The position numbers and the translations under genes are program-made. A model generated the notes under the pieces. It saw only the letters and a list, made by a program, of their open reading frames with translations, did no database searches and was not told where the DNA came from. This document shows, one piece after another, positions 1 to 7,300 of a stretch of DNA of 64,000 nt. Location of the stretch: assembly GCA_003482905.1 (NCBI GenBank), contig DMXM01000034.1, forward strand, positions 108,277-172,276, given 5' to 3'. The stretch is from Elusimicrobiota bacterium (GTDB taxonomy: Bacteria; Elusimicrobiota; Elusimicrobia; Elusimicrobiales; UBA9959). Position 1 is the stretch's first letter; the number at the start of each line of letters is the position of its first letter.

Positions 1-218
1 CAGAGCCCGGAGAGGTGGTCTATCGCCATCAGCGGGTCCCCCGCCAGGTCGGCCTCGCGTAGTACCCCGGCCGTGGCGCGGGCCATGGCGTCGAGCCGTT
101 CCAGCTGGGCGGCGGTTACGGTTCTACGCTGGAAGCTGAAAAAAATAGCGGACAGCAGTAAAGCCGCGGCCAGCGCCGCGGCCGTCAGTGCCGCGCTGAA
201 TTTATAGAAAAGGTTCAC
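1..218 (-). CDS. 5' fragment of a membrane-anchored protein of unknown function (runs off the window)
   Basis: Not in the ORF track because there is no stop in the window. GTG at 218 is preceded by AAGAGGGA about 5 nt upstream and lies 14 nt after the TAG of the upstream gene. It translates VNLFYKFSAALTAAALAAALLLSAIFFSFQRR..., i.e. one N-terminal TM helix followed by soluble sequence. The frame stays open to position 1. Confidence 0.35.
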   Translation of the reverse strand, partial: MNLFYKFSAALTAAALAAALLLSAIFFSFQRRTVTAAQLERLDAMARATAGVLREADLAGDPLMAIDHLSGL

Positions 219-232
219 GTTCCCTCTTTAGC

Positions 233-2209
233 CTAACGGGACAGCCTGATTATCCTTTCCAGGGCTTTTTTAGCCTGGGGATTCTCCGGGGCCAGTTCCA
301 GTATCTTGCGGAAGTCGTCCTCGGCCTTGCCGTATTCGCCTCTGGCGTAATGGTCCGCCCCGGTCTGGTAAAGTTTCTCGATCTCCCGGGCGTCCCTGGC
401 CGCCGCCGTCTCCGGTTTCTTTTCCGGTTCGTCCGGCCGGGCCGCGCTCTCCGGGGGCTCCCAAGCCGCGCCGCCCTGCTTCCGGCGGGCCTCGTCTATC
501 ATTTTGCCCAGCTTTGATTTCTCACGCGGGTCCGTTTCCAGGGCCGCGGCCTTTCCCCATTCATGCGCCGCCCTGGCGTAGCCGCCCAGCATGTAGTTGC
601 AGGAACCGCTTTTTTTAAGGCCCAGGAGATGCCTGGGCTCCAGCTCCAGCATCTCGTCCAGTTTGCGCAGGGCTTCGGAATAGCGTTTTTTGGAATAATA
701 TTCGTCGGATTCTATGATCTTGAACTCCGCCCAGCCGCGGTTGAAATCGAACGGGACCCGGTCCGGCGATATGCGGGTGATCTCGCCGGCGCGGTCCAGG
801 AAGTTAGAGAGGGAGGAGTCCTGCTGGTTGAGGCTCTGCGCGTAGGCGAGCTGAGCCATCGCGCGCGGATCCGCCCCGTTCAGGAAATCGCGCACGCCGT
901 CGCTCAGGAGCTGCTCCCAGCGCAGTTTCTCGCGGTCCTCCACGGCCAGCGAAGGGTAGAAAGCGGCCACGGTGGAGAGGCGCCTGGTGAGGCCGACCAC
1001 GGAGGAGTCGGGCAGCAGTTCGCCGGCTTTATCCAGCAATAGCTTGTTGGCGGCGTAATAGTTTTCCCTCCGCGCCTGTTCCTTGACGTCGGCCAGCCGG
1101 GGATCGTCGAGGCTGGCGGTGTCGCGCGGGCTCTTGTACTCCTTCGCCTCCCGCAGTCGCCTGTACTGGTCCAGCAGCTCGGCCTCCGCCACTTCCGACT
1201 GGGTGATGGAGCCGAAATGGTAGGTGAGCGCCAGTTTGTGGTTGCCGGCCGTTTCCTTTACGGTGCCTATCGGCAGCGAGAAGCCATAGTCCAGCTGTAT
1301 TTTCTGTATCTTATAGGAAAGCCCCGCGGTAGCCTGCCGGAATTCCCTGTCGCCCACCCCAAGCGAGGCGCGCACGCCCAGGTCGCCGCGGTCGAGGCTC
1401 GGGAATACTTTTTCAGCGGCGAAGATGAATTGTTTGTCGGTTTTCCCGTCCGGGCCCTTCTGTACCCTGGCGTCGGCCGCCAGCAGCAGCCAGAGGCTCT
1501 TATAAGAGGCTCCCAGCCTTGTCTTCATGGGGACGGGGTCCTTGTCGCCGCCGCTGAAAGCCACGTCCGCCTGCATGGCGTTGAGGAGCGCGGCGCCCAG
1601 CGTCCAGCGCCTGGTAAGGCGGTACAGGGCGCCCACGTCGGCGTCCAGCGCCGCACGGGAGTTGGCCCCCGCCAGCACAGGGTCGGTGTTGCCGTTCTGG
1701 AAGACGCCGTCCTCCACGGCGTTGTAGGTTTCGCCCAGGCGCGTGAAGCCGTGCGAGAGGTATTTAAGCGAGACGCCGAGCGAGAGTCTGTCGTATTTGG
1801 AACGTTTGTCGAAACGGTAGCCCCAGGAGACCTGGCCGGTCTTCTCATAGTATACGCCGGAAAGCGAGAACTGCTGCCAGAGCGCGCCCAGCGCGCCGTT
1901 CCTGCCGTTGGAGAGGGGCATGGCGAAGGCTACGGCGCTGAGGCCCAGGCTGGAGCCGTCGCTGAGGCCGCTGTAAAACATGGAGTGGGAGGCCGTAACC
2001 TTAGGCCGCTCCAGGTTGGAGAGCCCGGCCGGATTGTAATAGATCGAGGAAATGTCGTCGGCCACGCCCGTAAAGACGTCGCCCATGCCGGGGACCCTGG
2101 CGCCGAAGCCGAGGTCCTCGAAGGCGGCCAGAGCCGGTGACCGGCCGGCCAGCAGCAGGGCGGCGGCCGCGCAGATCTTCCAGTGGTTCATCCGTGCTTT
2201 CATATTCAT
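233..2209 (-). CDS. Outer-membrane beta-barrel protein, PorV/PorQ/FadL-like, with a long C-terminal TPR/helical domain
   Basis: Signal peptide (..ICAAAALLLAGRSPALAAF). The N-terminal motif GMGDVFTGVADDISSIYYNPAGL is typical of PorV/PorQ/UPF0164-type barrels. Amphipathic strands run to about aa 332 and end in LALTYHF (beta-signal-like). aa 335-658 are helical/TPR-like (..YARGEYGKAEDDFRKILELAPENPQAKKALERI). Confidence 0.7.
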   Translation of the reverse strand: MNMKARMNHWKICAAAALLLAGRSPALAAFEDLGFGARVPGMGDVFTGVADDISSIYYNPAGLSNLERPKVTASHSMFYSGLSDGSSLGLSAVAFAMPLSNGRNGALGALWQQFSLSGVYYEKTGQVSWGYRFDKRSKYDRLSLGVSLKYLSHGFTRLGETYNAVEDGVFQNGNTDPVLAGANSRAALDADVGALYRLTRRWTLGAALLNAMQADVAFSGGDKDPVPMKTRLGASYKSLWLLLAADARVQKGPDGKTDKQFIFAAEKVFPSLDRGDLGVRASLGVGDREFRQATAGLSYKIQKIQLDYGFSLPIGTVKETAGNHKLALTYHFGSITQSEVAEAELLDQYRRLREAKEYKSPRDTASLDDPRLADVKEQARRENYYAANKLLLDKAGELLPDSSVVGLTRRLSTVAAFYPSLAVEDREKLRWEQLLSDGVRDFLNGADPRAMAQLAYAQSLNQQDSSLSNFLDRAGEITRISPDRVPFDFNRGWAEFKIIESDEYYSKKRYSEALRKLDEMLELEPRHLLGLKKSGSCNYMLGGYARAAHEWGKAAALETDPREKSKLGKMIDEARRKQGGAAWEPPESAARPDEPEKKPETAAARDAREIEKLYQTGADHYARGEYGKAEDDFRKILELAPENPQAKKALERIIRLSR

Positions 2210-2604
2210 CTTATCACTGTGACTGTTCCCTTATATACCGTATTTTCCAGGCGGACCTGGTAAATATAGATGCCGCCGGGCCGACGGCCGCCGGCATTCG
2301 GGTTCCACTCAAAGTCGTAATATTCCCCGGCGTTGTTGTCTATGACCGCCGGGATCCCGTTGGAGCGGTGCTTCAGGCTCATCGCGGCTATTTCCCTGCC
2401 GGCCAGATCGTAGATCCTGGCTTCCACCGCGGCGTCGCGCGGGTTATAACAGCGGAAAACAAAAGTGTCGTTGCGGTTGTCGTTGTTTGGGGTGACCAGC
2501 CTGCTCATGGCGATGGACCGCCCCAGCCCCGACGGAGAGCAGCGAAGAGCGGCGGGAGCGAGCAAAAGCGCGGCGGCCGCGAGAGCGATGGCGGTTCTCC
2601 TCAT
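2206..2604 (-). CDS. Small secreted protein consisting only of signal peptide plus a CHU_C/FlgD-Ig-like (T9SS-CTD-like) domain
   Basis: Trimmed from ORF 2206..2703 to Met34 (MRRTAIALAAAALLLAPAALRC = signal peptide); starts at 2658 or 2703 are not excluded. The C-terminal part reads LVTPNNDNRNDTFVF..IYDLAGREI..GGIYIYQV..GTVTVIR. Its stop overlaps the start of the barrel gene (ATGA at 2206-2209). Confidence 0.6.
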   Translation of the reverse strand: MRRTAIALAAAALLLAPAALRCSPSGLGRSIAMSRLVTPNNDNRNDTFVFRCYNPRDAAVEARIYDLAGREIAAMSLKHRSNGIPAVIDNNAGEYYDFEWNPNAGGRRPGGIYIYQVRLENTVYKGTVTVIR

Positions 2605-2723
2605 ATACAGTGTAATTCTACTTTTCAATTGTGACCGTTTTATTACGGATTTGTGCATTTGCCCGGAAATAATTGTAATCTCGCCGTAATATTTTGGTCG
2701 CATGGGTCGGATATAATTATAAC
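2605..2723. promoter_or_regulatory. AT-rich divergent control region between the two surface-module operons
   Basis: About 120 bp that are markedly AT-rich in a GC-rich genome. It contains TATAAT at 2712-2717 and repeated AATTGT/TGTAAT words (2611-2616, 2627-2632, 2671-2679). No promoter can be proven from the sequence. Confidence 0.3.
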
Positions 2724-4343
2724 GTGACTATAAGTGCGAAGGCGCGTGGTATCCTCCTCTTCGCGGCGGCCTGGCTGCCCGCGGCCGCGCTTTACGCCGC
2801 CAGGATGAATTCCGCCGGCTACTCCGATATCAACGGCATCTACGGTTTCGGCTCGGCCGCCATGAGCTCCTCCGGCTTCGCCATGAACGGGAGCCTGCAG
2901 GAAGTGGCGGTCTCCACCCAGAACGCGGCAAGCTTCTCCCAGCGCGCCGGGAAGCTGGCTTTTTTCCCCCCGCCCGCCCCGGTCGCCGATATCGACATCG
3001 TCATCGTCTCAAGTTACGGTATCAGGCTGACCTGGACGGCGCCTTCCCCGGATATCTCCCGCGCGGGCGGCGAGGTGGATAGTTATATACTTCGCTACAC
3101 TACTGCGGCTTCCCTGAACAGCGACGAGGCTTTTTACGCGGCGGTCACCTACGGGCAGGCGTGGACGCCCCTGGCGGCGGGTTCCTCGGAGACGAGGATA
3201 TTGGAAGGCTTTAATCCCGGCACCACTTATTATTTCGCCATAGAGAGCATGAACGCCCATAAGCTGCGCTCGGAACTGTCCAACCCGGCGGCCTCGTTCG
3301 CGCTGGTGCCGCTGGCGCCTATGAACTTCAAGATCCTGCGCGCCGGCACTGCCATTACCGCCACCTGGATACCTCCCGCCGGCTACCAGAACCGCATGGC
3401 TTTCAATAACCGCTTTTCCCCCACGTCCCCCTACGAAGTAAAGAACTACCGGCTCTTCCGGGCCACGGCCCCGGCCGACGCGCAGTGGCAATTCCTGGCG
3501 GAGGTCTCTTCGGACACCTTGTCCTGGACCGGCGTGATAGGCGAGGGCGAAGAATATTACTACCACGCCCGCGCCGTAAATCAGGCGGGAGCCTCCCTTC
3601 CCTCTTATGCCCGGGACAGCCTTTCCGGCAGCCTCTACTTCCTGGCGCCGGACAACCAGAGCGTGCTGGAAATCCCCGCCGCGGGCACGGGGGCTTTCTT
3701 CTCCGGGTCTACCGACCCCATGGACGCCTACAACGTGGAGATGACCACGCACCCGGAGGACCTGGGCGGACGCATTGTAAAGTCGGTGAGTCTGCGGGCC
3801 TACCGCGGCGGCCTGCTGGCGGACGGATCTTTCAGGCTTCCAGGCAACGGGGTGCTCAAATTGTTTTACCGCAAGAGCGGTTCCGTCATAGTTCCCTCGG
3901 AGGTACCGGACGTTAAAGCCCTGAGCCTGTATTTTAATAACGGCTCGCGCTGGCTGCAGATGTACGGGCGGGTCAACGAAGCTGAACGCAGCGTGCAGCT
4001 GGAAACAACGCTGCTGGGCCGTTACCAGCTGAGGACTACCGAGCGCGGCGGCGGTTTTGCGGCGGACCGGGCGGGGCTTACCAACCGCCTGATAACCCCG
4101 AACGGCGACGGGAAAAATGATACGATGGTCTTTATTTTCGACAATCCGCAGGAGAAAGAAGTGAAGGGTAAGATCTACGACCTGCATGGCGCGCTGGTGG
4201 CCGCGATGAGCCCCGGGCCCATAGCCAATTCCCTTATTTGGGACGCCAAGGCCGGCGGGCAGGCTGTTCCCGGCGGTGTCTATATCTACCAGATAGAGGA
4301 GCAGGGGACCGTCTATAACGGTACTGTGGCGGTTATACGTTGA
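2694..4343 (+). CDS. Secreted protein with two fibronectin type III domains and a C-terminal CHU_C/FlgD-Ig-like (T9SS-CTD-like) domain
   Basis: The start is uncertain: TTG at 2694 from the ORF track, or in-frame GTG at 2724 giving the signal peptide ..AKARGILLFAAAWLPAAALYA. FN3-like segments include IRLTWTAPS..YILRY..PGTTYYFAI and ITATWIPP..YRLFRA..YYYHARAVN. The C-terminus reads LITPNGDGKNDTMVFIF..IYDLHGALV..GGVYIYQI..GTVAVIR. Confidence 0.75.
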   Translation: MVAWVGYNYNVTISAKARGILLFAAAWLPAAALYAARMNSAGYSDINGIYGFGSAAMSSSGFAMNGSLQEVAVSTQNAASFSQRAGKLAFFPPPAPVADIDIVIVSSYGIRLTWTAPSPDISRAGGEVDSYILRYTTAASLNSDEAFYAAVTYGQAWTPLAAGSSETRILEGFNPGTTYYFAIESMNAHKLRSELSNPAASFALVPLAPMNFKILRAGTAITATWIPPAGYQNRMAFNNRFSPTSPYEVKNYRLFRATAPADAQWQFLAEVSSDTLSWTGVIGEGEEYYYHARAVNQAGASLPSYARDSLSGSLYFLAPDNQSVLEIPAAGTGAFFSGSTDPMDAYNVEMTTHPEDLGGRIVKSVSLRAYRGGLLADGSFRLPGNGVLKLFYRKSGSVIVPSEVPDVKALSLYFNNGSRWLQMYGRVNEAERSVQLETTLLGRYQLRTTERGGGFAADRAGLTNRLITPNGDGKNDTMVFIFDNPQEKEVKGKIYDLHGALVAAMSPGPIANSLIWDAKAGGQAVPGGVYIYQIEEQGTVYNGTVAVIR

Positions 4344-4358
4344 TTTCCCGGAGGACAC

Positions 4359-7300
4359 ATGAAAGATTTGAATAAAGAGCCTCGTAACTTCCTGATGAAG
4401 CGCCTGTCGCCGCGGTTTATGCTTTTGCTGGCCATGGCCGCCGTGCCCCAGCCGTCCTGCGCGGTTATACCGCAAAGTATCAACTACCAGGGTTTCCTGC
4501 TGAGCAAGGCTACCAATCTGCCGGTGGAGACCCCGCAGGACATAAATTTCGTGATCTACGGCGCGGCCACGGGCGGATCCGCGCTTTTTACCGAGAGCCG
4601 CTGCGATGTGGCCGTGAACAAGGGCCGCTACGACGTTGAAATAGGGGCGGCCGGCGGCGGCATCCCGGGTTCGGTCCTTATCGACAACCAGAACCTGTGG
4701 CTGGAAATACAGGTGGATCCCAACGGGGACTGCACGGCGCCTTATGAGGCCATGGCCCCGCGCATACGCCTGCAGGCTGCGCCTTTCGCTTTTAACGCTC
4801 TTTACGCCTCCACGGCCTCCGCCGCCGCCCCGGTCTTCGCGGCCAATATCATAAGCGCGCTCCCCCAGACCGATAATGGCGCCGTAACTATCTCCACCAA
4901 CCTTTTTGTGCAGGGCAATATTTCCGTAGGGAGTCTCTCCACCGGACAGAAACTGGCCGTTACCGGCATGGTGGAAAGTAAGGGTAATTACCCGGCCTGC
5001 GGCGCGGGCAATGCCTGCGGTTTCAAATTCCCCGACGGTACGGTACAGCTGTCCGCGGCAGTGGCCAACACCATGTGGGAGTCTCTTGGAGCGAATGTCA
5101 ATAACATGAACGCCGGGAACGTAGGCATAGGCGAATACAGCAATCCGCCGCTGGCCCGCCTGCATGTGTCCAGCGCCAGCGGAGAGACCGGCAACCTGCT
5201 GCTGGTTTCCACGGGCACCTCCTCCATCTTCCGCGTCAACGGTCTTGGCCAGGTCTACGGCGGTTCATATTACGGGAACGGCGCCACTCTTACAGGGATA
5301 GTGGCTAAAACAGGGGATACTATGACCGGGCAGTTGACCCTGACTTCCGCGCTCGGCGCCAGCACGCCCAAGGTGAAATTTCTGGACAATGTGGAGATCA
5401 GCTCCACTACGGCGGCCAATTACGGCGGCGTTTATATAAGCACGCACGTGCGCCTGTCGCCTGGCAGCGTTATTTACGGCGACGGCTCCGGCCTTTCCGG
5501 CGTGGTATCGGCGGACTCGACGAAGGTTCTTAAGACCGGGGACACGATGACCGGGCAGCTTACGCTGGCCGCCTCTACCCTTACGGTAACCGGCAACGCT
5601 TTCTCCGTCGGCGGCTCCACGTTCAGTGTGCTGAACGGGAACACGGCGCTCGGCGCGGCCTCTTACCTTGCCCGCCTTACCGTCAGCGGCGGTATAGTGG
5701 CTACCTCCAGTATAACCGCGCAGGCGGGGATCTACGCCACTTCAATCAACGGCCAGTCCGTCACCGCTTCGACCGCTTCATTTCTGGGGTGGAGCGCGGC
5801 GTCGAATTACAGCATAGATACGGCCAGCAGCATAAAGGTCAACGCCGGCGCCGTTATTGCCCCCTCCTTTATCGGGGACGGTTCGCAGCTTACCAATGTG
5901 GTCGGGGTCGACCCCTCCAGGGTGCTTAAGGCCGGCGACACTATGACCGGTTATTTAATGGTTTCCCCCTCCAGCGTTACCATACTTTCCATGGGGGCGC
6001 ACGCTTACGCCCTGACCGTAGCCAGCTCCCCCTCGCCCGACAGCTATATCCTTGCGGTCACCACCGCGGGCCGCGTTGGCGTAGGGGTTCCCGTCCCGCT
6101 GGTTCCGCTGGAGGTGAATAACTCAATGATGGTGTCCAACTGGGGCGGCGCGGATTCACTTGCGCATATATATTCCAACGGCGGCTATGGCTACCTGCGC
6201 TGGTCTGATAACGGCCTCTCCGGTTCCGGCAACACCAGCCAGGGCGCCATGGGCTTTCTGCCCGGCGCGACGCGCAGTTTTGTTTACCGCGCGCTGGGCA
6301 CCAGTCCCGGCGCCTCTGGCGCCGAGGTCTTCCGCATAGCTCTCGACGCATCCGACGTCTCTTCCGGCGACAGCTGGCGTTTCGGCATAGGGACGTCCGA
6401 TCCGCTGGAGAAATTCCACGTCGCCTCCAATATGCTGGTAAGCACGGCCGCCCTGGCGCCTATTCTCTATATAAGCACCACCACGGGGCTTGTGGGCGTG
6501 GGGTCCTCGACGCCGGGCCATAAGCTGCTGGTGAACGGCGGCATAATGGCGGTTTCCTCCATAACCGCCCAGGGCGGCTTCTTCGGAGACGGCTCGGGGC
6601 TCACCAATATTTCCGCCGGGGGGCTGCCCGGCCAGATACAGGTTTCCTCCATAGCGGCCAGGGCGGACAGCGCTTACGGCGCGGTGGTGTTCACCTCGGA
6701 CACTTACATTAACGCTAAATTGGCCGTGGGAGAGATATTCACCCCCGACTCCGATCTGCATGTCAGGGGCACCATGCGCCTTGACCAGAAGAACGCCGGC
6801 GACCCGGTGTTCCTTAATATCTCGCCGCAGAACGGCGGGAGTACTTACGTGAGTTGGAATGACGTGGCGGACGCGACAAGAAGAGGCGCTTTGGGAATAC
6901 TGGCCAATGAGAGCGATCTGGCGTACTGGGCCGGTTCGCCCACTCCCGGCATCGGGGCGGAGTCTTTCAGGGTGAAAAGAGACGGCAAGTTTCTCATGGG
7001 CGGCGCCGGAAAGGATTTTATCCCTTTGGCCCGTTTTCACGTGGTTTCGGATATGATGATAAGTACCGATGCGGCGACCCCGATATTCTTTGTTTCCACC
7101 GCTTCCGGTTCGGTCGGGATAAGCACCGGGACGGCGATGGAAAGGATGCACGTGGCTTCCAGTTTCCTGGTGGGCCCCGGCCGCGACAACGCGATTTTAT
7201 ACGTCAGCACCGGAACCTCTTTTACCGGCATCGGCACCGGCAATCCCCGCGCCATGCTGGAGGTGGGCAACGGCAGTATTCTGGGCGCCGGCACGCACGC

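Noticed and set aside
2712-2726. TATAAT at 2712-2717 followed 6 nt later by in-frame GTG 2724, suggesting a leaderless start for the FN3-CTD gene
   Set aside because: There is no convincing -35 element, a GTG leaderless start would be unusual, and the TTG at 2694 remains possible. This is too speculative to list as a finding, so the start is simply flagged as uncertain.
233-4343. Declaring a type IX secretion system
   Set aside because: Only CTD-like domains and a PorV-like barrel are visible. None of the core machinery (GldK/L/M/N, SprA/Sov, PorU/Z) is in the window, and FlgD-Ig-like C-terminal domains also occur outside T9SS organisms. This is reported as a hypothesis only.
3009-5165. 718-aa ORF on the minus strand, antisense to the FN3-CTD and fibre genes
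   Set aside because: It spans the intergenic gap of two well-supported + strand genes. Its composition is Arg/Gly/Ala/Pro-rich nonsense typical of shadow ORFs in GC-rich DNA, and it has no recognisable motif. The same reasoning applies to 12320-13966, 16869-18044, 29584-30651, 33699-35375, 45059-46129, 54018-55094, 57184-58152 and the many shorter antisense or out-of-frame ORFs in the track.
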